Assembly (NCBI GenBank): GCA_951406725.2
Contig: OX597835.1
Location: forward strand, 3,844,001 to 3,908,000
Origin: Octopus vulgaris
Lineage: Eukaryota
Length of the DNA: 64,000 bases
Direction of reading: 5' to 3'
Shown here piece after piece: positions 27,838 through 43,358 of the stretch (positions within the stretch are counted from its first letter, which is position 1; each line of letters opens with the position of its first letter). The translations under genes and the position numbers were made by a program. The notes below the pieces were generated by a model. That model had not been told where the DNA came from. It was given only the letters and a program-made list of their open reading frames with translations, and ran no database searches.

Positions 27838-28071
27838 AAACAAACGTACCGTAGCGTGCAAAACTATATCTTTAAAAAAATAGACGTTTAGAAACAGTCA
27901 CAAAGCAAGCAGCTGAAAAATACTTGCAAACCATTTGGAAAGACGTGACATATTTGTCGAGAGGTAAGAAATATGGCACAATTGAAATCGGATTTGCTAC
28001 TGAAGACGTAGCAAAGCAGCACTCAACAGCCCAGCTGAGAAACAGTAACCTTGTCCTAGTTCCAAAATGCT

Positions 28072-28161
28072 TAAGGACCAGTGAAACACTGGGATCGATG
28101 TGACTGACTAGTCCCGCCCTCCCATAACTTCAGGCTTGTGCCTTTAGTAGAAAGGATTTTA

Positions 28162-28246
<85 letters not shown>

Positions 28247-28552
28247 GGCGGTGAGCTGGAGGAATCGCTAACATGCTGGGCAAAATGCATAACGGCATTT
28301 CATCCGTCTTTACGTACAGAGTTCAAATTCCGCCGAGGTCGACTCATCCTTTTGAGCTCCAAGAAATAAAAATACCAGTTAAGAACTGGGGTCGATATGA
28401 TCGACTCACTTCCCTGAAAATGCTGTGCCAAAATTTGAAACCATCATCATCATCATCATCATTATTATTATTATCATTATCATTATTTTTTTTTTCTTCT
28501 TTCAAATTTGCTTCCATTTCTTGCCGAGCGTTTTCCCGACACCTAGGGCAAG

Positions 28553-28642
<90 letters not shown>

Positions 28643-28795
28643 ATTTCTGGGCCCAAATTCTGCCGACATCGAATTTGCCCTTCATCCTTTCTGTGTCTAT
28701 AAAATTAGTACCAGTTGAACGCCGGGGTCAATGCAATTGACTAGTATCCCCTCCCACAAAATTTCAGGTCTTTTTGCCTGGAAGAGAAAGAATTA
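28072..28795 (+). mobile_element. Cluster of SINE family B pieces separated by (ATT)n
   Basis: 3' piece 28072-28158, near-complete copy 28246-28442, partial copy 28653-28792. Confidence 0.75.
28487..28552 (-). mobile_element. R4/Dong subfamily 2 extreme 3' end in (ATT)n
   Basis: Reverse complement matches 24355-24415 (tgccctaggNgtcgggaa..aagcaaatttgaaagaa). Confidence 0.75.
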
Positions 28796-28908
28796 TTATT
28801 TCCATTTCTAATTTTTCTGTTTAGATTTTATCACACTGTTTATTCATTAATAATTCCAGGCTTGGGTTAACAGCAGAAGAACTAAACCCAAAGAATTTTT
28901 TTCTCTCA

Positions 28909-28989
<81 letters not shown>

Positions 28990-29156
28990 ACATACACACG
29001 CACACACACACACATATACACATATACACACGCACACACACACACACATACACATATACACACGCACACACACACACACGCACATTCTCTGTCTCTCTCA
29101 ATAAGTGTTTACAAACGCCCTCATGGACACACACTCACCACATGAATGTGTGTGTG

Positions 29157-29210
<54 letters not shown>

Positions 29211-29997
29211 TACACACATATCCTCTTTCTTTCTCTTTCTCTCTCTCTCTCTCTCTCTCCTCGTCTTCACTGCTACTTTTTGCTCTCCCAGCCCCTGCCA
29301 CACTCTTACCCAACGCCATTGGTAAAAGTAAAACAATAAATAAACAAAAAACCACCGCCGCTCCCATTCCGCACCTCCCACCTCCATCACCACCACCACC
29401 ACCAAGACTCCGCCACTTTCCCTATATTTTGCTTGCTTTTAACGATTTACTCTGTCCTCCCATGTTTAATCTGATCTCTTCACTCCATCACCTCCTCCAC
29501 GAAAGAGAGAGAGAGAGAGAGAGGGGGAGGGAGATAGCACTGGGAAGTGAAAGGGGAGGAATGAAAGAGGAGTGGGTAGAGATGACGAGAGAGAGAGTTG
29601 AAGTGTGTGTGTGGAGGGATGTTAAATTGAGATTATAATTTTAAACCTAGTTTAAGAATTACAATGGGAAATTTGCTGCTGGTTGACTCTTTATACTGAG
29701 GGAGGAAAAAGAAATTATCGTAAAGTTTGAGTTGAGTGGGACTTCCAAGTTTCACTCATTGCTTTATTCGGCCTCTTTGGCTTTAATCAACCGATTAGAC
29801 GAATTTTCTAAAACACACACACACACGAGCGGGCGCACACACAAAGATTGACAATGACTTCGAAGTGTTGCCGCTGATTGACTTTGTCAAACTTTTCTAA
29901 TGAAGCCAGTGACCTGAGGAGACTTTGAAGTTACAGTCAACCTTTTCCTTATAAAATCAAATCAGATATTCTACTTAAATATATAAATAACAAATAT

Positions 29998-30158
29998 AGG
30001 CGTAGGAGTGGCTGTGTGGTAAGTAGCTTGCTTACGAACCACATGGTTCCGGGTTCAGTCCCACTGTGTGGCACCTTGGGCAAATGTCTTCTACTATAGC
30101 CTTGGGCCGATCAAAGCCTTGTGAGTGGATTTGGTAGACGGAAACTGAAAGAAGTCCG

Positions 30159-30209
<51 letters not shown>

Positions 30210-30370
30210 TATATGTGTGTGTGTTTGTGTGTTTACGTCCCCGTAACTTAGCGGGTCGGCAAAAGAGACCGATAGAATAAGTCCTGGGGTCAATTTGCTC
30301 GACTAAAGACGGTGCTCCAGCATTGCCGCAGTCAAATGACTGAAACAAGTAAAAGAGTAAAAGAGAGTAA
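29998..30370 (+). mobile_element. SINE family A
   Basis: Matches 7641-8138 with small deletions. Confidence 0.9.
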
Positions 30371-30720
30371 ATGTTTGCGTGTTATGTTTCTCTCCCCTCC
30401 CGTCTTTCTCCCCTCTCTCTCTCTCCTTTTCTGTATTACATAATAGCCCTGTATTGGTCGCATAGAAACTTACCGGGTCATGCAACAGAGGGAGCTTAAC
30501 GCGAATACTGTTAAGAGCCACAACCAAAACGGAAATTGTGCCACCGCGCACCGAGCGCAACCGTTTTCACCTACATGTATATCACAGACTTCAACGGAAC
30601 ATTAAAGCGAGGAACGTGGACATGCCCCCTTTTGAATTTGGGAACCATAACTAAGACGACGGCACATCAAATGTAACCTCTGTAGTACAGAAATATTAAA
30701 TATCATAACATCAACAGTAG

Positions 30721-30884
30721 AGGCGTAGGAGTGGCTGTGGGGTAAGTAACTTGCTTACCAACCACATGGTTCTGGGTTCAGTCCCACTGCGTGGCACCTT
30801 GGGCAAGTGTCTTCTACTATAGCCTCGGGCCGACCAAAGCCTTGTGAGTGGATTTGGTAGACGGAAACTGAAAGAAGCTCGTCG

Positions 30885-30940
<56 letters not shown>

Positions 30941-30966
30941 CATACATACATACATACATACATACA

Positions 30967-31002
<36 letters not shown>

Positions 31003-31260
31003 TAGATATATATATATATATATATATGCGTATATGTTTGTGTGTCTATGTTTGTCCCCCGACATCGCTTGACAACCGATGCTGGTGTGTTTACGTCCCC
31101 GTCAATTAGCGGTTCGGCAAAATAGACCAATAGAATAAGTACTAGGCTTACAAAAGAATAAGTCCTGGGGTCGATTTGCTCGACTAAAAGGCGGTGCTCC
31201 AGCATGGCCGCAGTCAAATGACTGAAACAAGTAAAAGAGTAAAAGAGTAAAAAGAGTAAA
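30721..31260 (+). mobile_element. SINE family A, full length
   Basis: Matches 7641-8138; internal (TA)n(TACA)n. Confidence 0.9.
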
Positions 31261-31496
31261 CATTTTAGATATTAGGAAAGAAACGACCCCTTTGCATGCA
31301 CAAAGCAATAATACATATTCCGAATTCAATTCATACTCCCCCCCCCCTCCTTGCCACCTTTCCAACCCTGGGTCAATATCGGTTATGTTAGACATATATG
31401 CCCCAAGGAAGTCATTCACAGACATGTATAACGTAAGCATAATACATACTCACGCGATTCACAAAAATATAGGCATTTGGAATATTTTGCGTCTGT

Positions 31497-31914
31497 GCAG
31501 GAGTGGCTGTGTGGTAAGTAGCTTGCTAACCAACCACATGGTTCCGGGTTCAGTCCACTGCGTGGCATCTTGGGCAAGTGTCTTCTTCTGCTATAGCCCC
31601 GGGCCGACCAATGCCTTGTGAGTGGATTTGGTAGATGGAAACTGAAAGAAGCCTGTCGTATATATGTATGTATATATATGTATATGTGTGTATGTGTGTG
31701 TGTTTGTGTGTCTGTGTTTGTCCCCCTAGCATTGCTTGACAACCGATGCTGGTGTGTTTACGTCCCCGTTACTTAGCGGTTCAGCAAAAAGAGACCGATA
31801 GAATAAGTACTGGGCTTACAAAGAATAAGTCCTGGGGTCGATTTGATCGACTAAAGGCGGTGCTCCAGCATGGCCGCAGTCAAATGACTGAAACAAGTAA
31901 AAGAGTAAAAGAGT
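31497..31914 (+). mobile_element. SINE family A, full length
   Basis: Matches 7641-8138. Confidence 0.9.
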
Positions 31915-31956
31915 ATCTGAAAGCTGGGAAATCGCATAATTCATTCTATCTACATG

Positions 31957-31990
<34 letters not shown>

Positions 31991-32164
31991 ATATAGATGT
32001 TATGTGGTATGTATATGTATACTTTCCCCTGATCTGCGTATTTATTAAGAAGTCTAGCATAACCTCAAGTAAGCTTGTGTATCCTCATCCAGAATGGAAA
32101 CGATTACCAGCATTCCCTACTGGAGACAGAAACTTCCTTCAAAATTGTAGCCTAATACCAACTG

Positions 32165-32226
<62 letters not shown>

Positions 32227-32258
32227 TATATATGTATATACTTTAATAAATAAATAAT

Positions 32259-32296
32259 CTGTTACTCTGAGTTTCTCGTTGCCGTTCATCAGACAG
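32259..32296 (-). ncRNA. Minimal type I hammerhead ribozyme, family H2, canonical core
   Basis: CUGU-CUGAUGA-aCG-gcaa-CGa-GAAA-CUCAGA-GUA-ACAG in an ~75-bp insert between (TA)n tracts. Confidence 0.7.
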
Positions 32297-32312
32297 TTTT
32301 TGCTAGAATGGA

Positions 32313-32368
<56 letters not shown>

Positions 32369-32372
<4 letters not shown>

Positions 32373-32552
32373 AGAGTTTACGAAAAAAACAAAAGACGAA
32401 GACAGGTGGTGTACAAAACAAACAGATGTATTAGTATAACGCTCAGGAATAGAAAAAGTATTTTACGTTTCGAGCCTACGCTCTTCTACAGAAAGGGACA
32501 CAGAAAAAACAAGGAGAGAAACAAGGAGAGAAAAAATGTGTGTAGTGACTAA
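32369..32552 (-). mobile_element. PLE-like fragment related to H1 with HHR-like motif
   Basis: 32494-32461: UUU-CUGUAGA-A-GAGC-guag-GCUC-GAAA-C-GUA-AAA; between (TA)n and (CA)n. Confidence 0.6.
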
Positions 32553-32851
32553 CACACACACACAATCTCATCGAGCGGGGGTGGGGTTGTATGTGCGCAA
32601 TCTTCGTCGAGCATCGTCTCTGAGTGCGTTGGTTCTTATTCCAGAAACTGTTGTAAGCTAATGAAGGTGATTACATTATTCCTGTCCTTTTGTCATTCAT
32701 TTATTAATATAACACTCTCTACTCTCCTAATGCTTTACTCTAAAGCATAATCATATCGAGTTCTGACAACTGGTTATTAGTATTGCTACGCCTAAGCGAA
32801 ATCATTGTGTGTGTGTGTGTGTGTGTGTGAGTACACATCACAGCACAGTAT

Positions 32852-33023
32852 ATATTCTTTTACTGTTTTAGTAGTTTTAATTACTAGAGTGTGGCCATAC
32901 TGGAGCTCACGCTTCAAGGGTTGTAGTCGATCAAGATAGACCCAATTCTTATTTCTCATGTCCGCCACTTATTTTAGCGATTTTTTCATCACGCTGCTAA
33001 GTTACAAAGCGAAACAGACACCG
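32852..33023 (-). mobile_element. Old SINE family A 3' fragment
   Basis: gtggccatactggagc..gtcgatcaa..gctaagttac. Confidence 0.5.
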
Positions 33024-33275
33024 TTTTATTTATACACTCTCATACTCATACGCATATGCACACACGCACACACACTCACTCACACACACACACACACGAG
33101 ACGCAGATAACTAGTCCGTATGTGTGTGTGGGTGAGTAGAAGAGATGAGTCCATAACAGTGTTTGTAGGAGTAAATGTTTACCAGTGAGTGTATGCGTTA
33201 TACTTGTTGGAATATCCATGTGAACATGTGTATATATGTGTCTGTCAATGTGCATGTGATTATGAGTATGTGGGA

Positions 33276-33309
<34 letters not shown>

Positions 33310-35366
33310 GTGTGTGAGAGTGGGTGTTTGTGTGAGTACATGCATGTGCGCTTAGCATATGTTTATGCGCGGTTATACAGAAATTTGTGTAAGTGGACGT
33401 GATGGTGGTTATGAAGGAGAGGAGAAAGTTTAGAACTAACAATGGCGGTGGTTTTGGGAAATTGCATTGGAAGCGACAATAAATCTGTCACGTGATTACG
33501 TCTGGATAGTCTTGCTGTTCTGTGCCGTTGTTTTGACCATCTACGTTCACAGACGGTTAAACACTGCATCGCAGTCGCTCACAAAAGCTTGTTTAAGATG
33601 GCCTCCGCCGAGACGTTACTTTCTCCAGCACGCCATTAAAGACCAGCTGAAGAGTGATAAATGCCGGAAGTGAAACCATTAATCACGTGTTTGTTGCTTC
33701 TCTTAAATAAACTGACTTGTCACAGATATGGCTGTAATATGGTTAGAGGTAACTCTGAGGTAGTGGTGGTGGTGGTGGTGGTGATGTCACGGCGGCGGCG
33801 GTGGCTGCGGTGATGGCGGTGGTGGTGGCGGGGGTGGCGATGGTGGTGGCGATGGTGGTTGGATCGTGTTTGAAACACTGTTGATGGGAATTTTGGTAGT
33901 TGTGATGGTTAAAATAGCTATGGTTATAATGTTAATGACTGCATTAGTATGGTGATGGTGCTACTATTGGTAGTGTTTCTAGTCAAGGCTGAAGGTGGTG
34001 GTGGTTGTGGTGGTGGTGGTGGTGGTGGTGGTTGTGGTGGTGGTGGTGGTGGTGCCAGTAAGATTGTAGTAGCGGTTTTAGAGAGTGGGCCGTACAAATG
34101 ACGGAGGGCTGCAAAGAGAAGCGTATTATCAAATAAGGTCGCTTTAGTTGAACTGTCATATAACCAGAACCATTCAGTTTGTTCCACCTCATTAGATTAT
34201 CTCGGATTATATTATCGAATGCTGCTTATGGATATAGAGATTTAGCTACTACTTCCAGCAGTTCAAGCCAATGTAGGGCAGTATGTTTCAGGATGTGGCG
34301 CATACCCCAATTGGTGCAGCAATAATTTGGTAGAGGTGAGTTACTTCGGAGTAGGGCATAATGAAGTTTAAATTAAAACTTGATTTTGTATTGAAGGCTA
34401 ATCTTAAGACACTAAGCCTAACGTCTGAACCACTCGTACACTTGTGTGCAACTCAAACACTCTTCTCCATACAGTTTCCGCAACTTTGCGTAGGCCTCTG
34501 AGCAGATATCGCCATGACATCTTTTTCTGTCATGGTCAATGCGACGATCGTACCTTACACACGTTACTTCCAAGCACTGCCGTAAACAGAGGAAGTGAGC
34601 TAGAACATTAAAACTGAGTGTACATACACAGCAGAGTTTAAGGTCAATCTTTGCCCAGTGACTTTACACTGCATGCTTTAGCTTCGTTACTATGGCGACA
34701 GTCCGGACAAACTGTGTATGTGTGTGCGTGTACGCGTCTATAAGAGTACTTAGGACCATACACTATAAATTGGCTCTTAATTTTTGTTTAGTTTTAATCT
34801 GACGGCTTCAGTGTAACATTATTTGAAAACTAAATTGATACAAACAATTTAACATAATCAATTTAAATGATATCATATTTTAACAAACTGAACCAATTAA
34901 CTAATTAGCTAGGTAATTCTAATTAAAGTAAATAACTTGCAATTTAAAGGAGTCGCCAGCATCGTTTTATTTCAATTCGTCAAGACTTGATAACATTATC
35001 TATGTATGGGCAAATGGGGAATGAGTGTAACCTTCATATTGTCCCCCAGACCCTAGTGCTGGCGTTACATTCAGCAACCTACTGTTTTTCATAGGAAAGG
35101 GACTGTAAGGAGTGGAAAGGAGACAGACAAGTTGCCGCCGTATTTTTATAAAATTAAATGGTTTTTAATTTATTAAACTCATCTAATGCCATGGCGAAAA
35201 ACAAAATAAATGAATAAAATTATGAACGCAACCGCTAATTTCTCTTTCCGAGGTGTTTGCCAGTTTAGAACTCCCGAACAAGATGTTCGTCTCGGAGGCG
35301 TTGTTCTACACAAGCTGTGACCAACTTGAACAAAATGTTTTAGTGCAACTAAAAATATGAAAATTT

Positions 35367-35779
35367 GGCGCAGGAGTGGCTGTGTGGTAAGTAGCTTGCT
35401 TACCAACCACATAGTTCTGGGTTCAGCCCCACTGCGCGGCACCTTGGGCAAGTGTCTTCTACTATAGCCTCGGGCCGACCAAAGCTTTGTGAGTGGATTT
35501 GGTAGACGGAAACTGAAAGAAGCCCGTCGCATATGTGTATATACATATGTATGTGTGTGTATATGTATGTGTGTCTATGTTTGTCCTCCCAACATCGCTT
35601 GACAACCGATGCTGGTGTGTTTACGTCCCCGTAACTTAGCGGTTCGGCAAAAGAGACCGATAGAATAAGTACTAGGCTTACAAAGAATAAGTCCTGGGGT
35701 CGAGTTGCTCGACTAAAAGGTGGTACTCCAGCATGGCCACAGTCAAGTGACCGAAACAAGTAAAAGAGTAAAAGAGTAA
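35367..35779 (+). mobile_element. SINE family A, full length
   Basis: Matches 7641-8138. Confidence 0.9.
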
Positions 35780-35966
35780 CAGAGAGAGCAGGGAGATCAA
35801 CCTCGAAATAAAGTTGGATGGAGGAGGGCAGGAGCAGATGTGCAATGAGGGTGGAGGGGCAAGAGGGAGAAAATGAAAGTGGGGAGGAAACGAAAGGTGA
35901 GGGGTTTAGCTGTTGAAACTCTTCAACCCGTGATAGTTTATAAAGATAGTGACCAGCACATTTCTT

Positions 35967-36230
35967 ACCAGCACCACCACCACCGCCACCGCCGCCGCCA
36001 CCACCACCACCACCACCACCGCCGCCACCACCACCACCACCACCGCCGCCGCCGCTACCACCACCACCACCACCACCACCACCACCACCACCGCTACCGC
36101 CACCACCACTGCCACCACCACCACCACTACCATCACCACCACCACCACCGCCGCCACCACTACCACCACCACCATCACCGAAACCACCACCACCACCACC
36201 ACCACCACCACCACCACCACCACCACCACC

Positions 36231-36275
<45 letters not shown>
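35967..36275. repeat. (CAC)n/(CGC)n/(TAC)n microsatellite
   Basis: Direct reading. Confidence 0.95.
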
Positions 36276-36698
36276 GTGTGTATCATCAGATGTTATATGT
36301 TTATTAATTTTTTTATGCCTTATATATTGATGTGGGGGTGACTGAGTGCAAGCAGGTCCAGCAGCCTCGGCAATTAAAATACTTAGAATGGTCAGTAATG
36401 ATTCTAATCACACCAGGAAGATTCCACTCAGAGTCAAGTACATCCACCAGTGCGAGGCTCTCTTCTTTATGTACTTTGTACTCAGCTGGTTCGGGTTATA
36501 ATGACGATGTTCACACACAAACACACACACACACATGCACACGCACACACACAGGCACGCACACATACACACGCACACATCACACATGCACATATGTGTA
36601 TATATGTCTGTGTATGTACGTATACAATGCATGTGCATGTATGTATATGCATGTATGCATTTAATGTATGTGTGAACGTGAGTATATATATATATATA

Positions 36699-36729
<31 letters not shown>

Positions 36730-37061
36730 GCGTGTTTTTGTATATAACGTATTGCTACACGTATGAATGTAATGTATGTATACATTTATGTACGCAGGTG
36801 TATTTACCTATATATATATATGAATGTATGTATATACACACACATACATACATGCATGCATGCATACATACATACATACATACATACATACATACATACA
36901 TACATACGTACATACATACATACACACACACTCATACAGGTTGATTTATGTTGGACGAATGATAGAGGTGTGCTCAATACATGTAGAGGATTTGGTTTTA
37001 TATAAACTTCGTGTTTACTCTGCGACTCGAACTTCACACCACAGTGATCTGCAAGTCGCCA

Positions 37062-37102
<41 letters not shown>

Positions 37103-37851
37103 TACTGTTGCGTGATGGTAAGACCAATGAAAAATGTATTCCATCTTGTGAGAGATAAATATTATTTAATAAACACAGTATATGTTTTTATGTACTACTA
37201 TTAGTAACTGGAAGAACTCAGATCCTTTTCAGATCTAAAGACTCTAAAACGCTGTTGAATTCTTGATCCGAAATTTTCAGCGGTTGTAAACATATGGCTA
37301 AGTTCCTGTTGACAAATTGCAAAGCTCCACCCTCTCCGGATTGAACAGCTGTAACACACACTCTAAGCTACTATCTTTTCAGCCTTATATTTTACGATCG
37401 AATGAGAAATAATTCTAATTCTCGCATATTTCCTTCTTTTTGTTTTCTTTTTCGCTTCCCGGTTTTTCAACTTCCCACCTTTGATATCTTCTTTCTCGCC
37501 TTTTCTCGCTTTATTTTCTCATCCTATCGTCCTGTTTTTAGTTTGTTATGCCATGTGTGCAGTGTCTTATTCGTAATTTTACAACCTAAAGGCAGAAATA
37601 TAGATGTCACTAAAGGAACTAATCAGCACCAGTATTGCTAGAGATAAGAGTCAAAACAACTCAATAGTCTCGAAAAGCACTATCTCAATGACTGACAAGG
37701 GATACAAACTCCCTATACATATATATATACACACAGCCACAGCAGGAAATGTATCAGGACATGAAATGTAAAAGCCGGACTGGACTATTTTATGCGCAAC
37801 TCCATTGTCTCCCGAGACAAAAAGGATGCCAACAACAATAATATTATAATT

Positions 37852-38108
37852 TAGGGTATCTCAGAGATATTGCCACGCTGGAAATAGCAGCCAAAACTTG
37901 ACTCTAAAGCCACATAAAATGTTCATACCGCAGAAGGAGAGAAAACAAAAGGACAAGATGAACTAGCACCCAGTAATTTTTTTTTTTTTTGCTAGTTCAT
38001 CTTGTCGTTTTGTCTTCTCTCCTGGTGCAGTATGAACATTTGATACGGTTTTCGAGTCACGTTTTGGCTGCTATTTTTCAGCGTAGAGGTGCATCTTAGA
38101 TACCCTAG
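37852..38108. repeat. Imperfect ~115-bp-arm palindrome
   Basis: tagggtatct..gacaagatgaactagca / tgctagttcatcttgtc..agatacccta. Confidence 0.85.
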
Positions 38109-38247
38109 ATCATAATTTTAATAATAATTATTACCTTTGAAGGTTTTTATTCCCATGCTGGCCACTTGATAAGGTCCATAATTGAATTAACGAGCTTATC
38201 CTTATTTATATAAATTCATATATATATTTGTGTATGTGTGGGTGTGT

Positions 38248-38302
<55 letters not shown>

Positions 38303-38755
38303 TTATAAAGCCAAGCTGTGAAGTAAAGAGGTAAATATAAGAATTGAATCAGATTCCGTCGACGCATTTAAAGGGTGGGAAACGTCAGAGTCCCCTGACG
38401 GACTGTTCCGTGGTGTGCTTACCTTGTGTGCATAACACAACGCACGCGCACAAACACACACATACACACACACACACACACAAATATGATATTCGTGACT
38501 GTGCTTATGATTACCATTGTGTCTATGTTTAAAGCAAGCGATTCGAACTATTCTAGTTGCAAAGCTGACATGTCAGAAACACTTACACTTGTGGTTGCTG
38601 CACCCGAAAGTCTGGGTTCGAATCCCAAAAGCTGATGAATATTTTTTAAATTTGACATAGAAATTAAAATTGAACAAATATGATATACGTAGACATTATT
38701 TAACGACATTAGTAAATGCACTCACACACAGACACACACACACATACACATACAC

Positions 38756-38809
<54 letters not shown>

Positions 38810-38810
38810 C

Positions 38811-39028
38811 CTTTTACTCTCTTTTACTTGTTTCAGTCATTTGACTGCGGACATGCTGGAGCACCGCCTTAAATCGAGCAACTCGACCCCGGGACTTATT
38901 CTCTGTAAGCCCAGTACTTATTCCATCGGTCTCTTTTGCCGAACCACTAAGTGACGGGGACATAAATACCTCAGTATCGGGTGTCAAGCAATGCTAGGAG
39001 GACAAACACAGACACACAAACATGCACG

Positions 39029-39088
<60 letters not shown>

Positions 39089-39133
39089 TACGACGGGCTT
39101 CTTTCAGTTTCTGTCTACCAAATCCATTCACAA
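38811..39133 (-). mobile_element. SINE family A, 5'-truncated
   Basis: Reverse complement match. Confidence 0.85.
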
Positions 39134-39230
39134 AAGTTAATGTTAGCTTTTCATATTCAGTTATAGTAAAAACAGTTTTACATTATCTGATGGGTTTCTC
39201 TATAATTTTGTCGGGGAAAACTTTATTACC

Positions 39231-39380
39231 CTTAAACAAGAATATTATTGTATTATTGAGGATGACTTGGAAGTTTCGGCCTGTTAAGCCCTCGTCGGAC
39301 TGTGGGAGACCGACGATGTCTTAACAGACCCAAACTTCGAAGTCACCGTCAACAATATTCTTGTTTAAGTGTAATAAATA
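39231..39380. mobile_element. Inverted pair of HHR-like motifs, family H3
   Basis: Minus 39303-39264: ACAGU-CCGACGA-G-GGC-uuaacag-GCC-GAAA-CUUCCAA-GUC; plus 39310-39350: CCGACGA..cuucgaagucaccguc; outer arms cttaaacaagaatatt/aatattcttgtttaag. Confidence 0.65.
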
Positions 39381-39632
39381 TATGTAGAAATATGAATGCA
39401 TATGCGTATGAGTATATATAAATGTTAGCACATGTGTACACATATATATGTATATATGTATGTTAAGTGTGTGTGTGTGTGTGTGTATGTATAGCTGTAT
39501 ATGTATGTATATTATACGTATATACATTTGCATTTGTAGTTATATTGAGATGAATAAGTAAATATATACGTGCATATATATATCTATATATCTATATGTG
39601 TGCATATATATGTATACAAATATACATATATG

Positions 39633-40103
<471 letters not shown>

Positions 40104-40178
40104 ATAACATACATACATACATACATACATACATACATACATACATACATACATACATACATACATACATACATGCAT

Positions 40179-40643
<465 letters not shown>

Positions 40644-40700
40644 TTATATGTAAATGTATGTGTGTATATATATATATGTGTGTGTGTGTGTATATGTATG

Positions 40701-40755
<55 letters not shown>

Positions 40756-41176
40756 GTAGATATATATGCACATATATGACCTGTATATGTTGGCAAATTA
40801 CGTCCATTCACTTATCGATATGGTGTGGTGAGGTGAGTTATGTACTTTGTGATGTGTGATATATGAGATGTGGAAACCGTACAGGACGTTGAACTCATGT
40901 TATACTGAAAGAGTGGACAATAAACACGCTTGAATATTTGCTTTTGTGAATGTATAGAGTTAACACACACACACACACACACTTTGTAGAATATATTTTC
41001 CTTTAAATAAGGTAAATATACAAATGTTTATATTATTAGTTTATGCATATTTTTAAAAAGATTCAAATCTATAAAGAAGTGTTGAAGAGATAAGTTTTTA
41101 TATTTCTACGAAGAATAAAGAAATGCAATATTTCTTGTATATTATATTAAATATTCACAACAGGGAAACTCAGAAA

Positions 41177-41215
<39 letters not shown>

Positions 41216-41290
41216 GGTAGCACTGCAGTGTCTAAAACAAATATATATACAAAAATATATAATATATTTTTGTATACACTGTACATTGTA

Positions 41291-41441
<151 letters not shown>

Positions 41442-41547
41442 TTATTTTTCTTTATCTCTACTTCCCTGTGTATGAACTATACATTCATACAAATACACAA
41501 CCATAGAAATATGTCCACATACATACATACATACATACATACATACA

Positions 41548-41581
<34 letters not shown>

Positions 41582-41598
41582 CATACATACATACATAC

Positions 41599-41629
<31 letters not shown>

Positions 41630-41916
41630 AATACATGCATACATACATGCATACTTACATACATACATACGTGTATATAAAATATAAACATACACACAAT
41701 GTATATATATTATATGTAATATATATAATATAACGTTAATATTCTATATATTGCATATATTACACATAATATATATGTGTGTATGTATACATATATGTAT
41801 ATCATATATATATTCATATCAGTCATATGTAAATGCGTGTATGGATGTATATATATATATAAATACATACATGCATACATATATACACTATGCATGTATA
41901 TTCCTGTATATATATA

Positions 41917-41993
<77 letters not shown>

Positions 41994-42115
41994 GTATACG
42001 CTATATACATATGATTTCGCACTTCTGTGGTTTTCCTTGCATAGGAAGCATATTTAAGTATACCGATGTTTTGAACTTAGGTTATCTATTTGTGATATAT
42101 ATGTATGTATGTATG

Positions 42116-42202
<87 letters not shown>

Positions 42203-42345
42203 TATTAGAATGTTGACTTATTTATTCATTTAACAAAAGCGAGAACCTTAATAATATGCATAGATACATTATAATTCAATACATATAAGATAAGAATACA
42301 ATTATAAAATATCTTAACATGAATTATTGAAATCATTATATATAT

Positions 42346-42386
<41 letters not shown>

Positions 42387-42633
42387 TTATATATATGTGT
42401 GTGTATATATGCATGTATGATACAAATAAGAAAATGGAGAAACAATACATCATTTATATTAGAACATATATATATTTATATATATATGCATATATATATA
42501 TAATATTATATATGTATACATATATTCAATATATATGTATATATATATAATTATATATGTATATATATATATATATTATATATATAATATATATATGTGT
42601 GTATGTATGTATGTATGTATGTATGTATGTATG

Positions 42634-42696
<63 letters not shown>

Positions 42697-42898
42697 TTGA
42701 AAAACGTATTTTACAATTCCTCCTGTGAGTGTATGACGATTTAGATGACATCTCTTATCACTGTAATGTGTATATCTTTTATATATATGTTTGTAATGTA
42801 TATATGATGTGTGTATGTTTTTTTATATGCATGTACATACATACATTCATACATAAATACATACATATATACATACATATCTATATGTATATAGATAT

Positions 42899-43080
42899 AC
42901 AGCCGTGGCCAAAAGTTTGGGGCATTATTTTAAAAATTTAAACGCATGCCCCAGAACAATGTGACTCAAATATGTACAATGCGGAGATATACATACTTAA
43001 TAACTGATCCAATGGTTCAATATCTAGAAGAAGAAAATTATCAGACCCATGTTGCAAACCTTTGATCAAGTAATACTATA
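42899..43080. mobile_element. Possible Tc1-type MITE
   Basis: ta-cagccgtggccaaaagttt left end; degenerate caaacctttgatca right end. Confidence 0.35.
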
Positions 43081-43167
43081 TATAGCAAATTAAATATAGC
43101 TCTGTTCATCTAATATAAAAATTATAATTTTTATGACCTAGGTTTATACAAGTGTATGTATGTGTGC

Positions 43168-43215
<48 letters not shown>

Positions 43216-43226
43216 GTATATATGTG

Positions 43227-43260
<34 letters not shown>

Positions 43261-43321
43261 TATATATATATATACACACATATATACATATATACTTATA
43301 TATATACCTACATGCATATAA

Positions 43322-43358
<37 letters not shown>

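Larger units (their letters stand above)
26995..28070 (+). pseudogene. Possible decayed LINE ORF1 (L1/Tx1-like) interrupted by a SINE
   Basis: Protein-like reading resumes after the SINE: LETVTKQAAEKYLQTIWKDVTYLSRGKKYGTIEIGFATEDVAKQHSTAQL; stops and frameshifts present. Confidence 0.4.
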
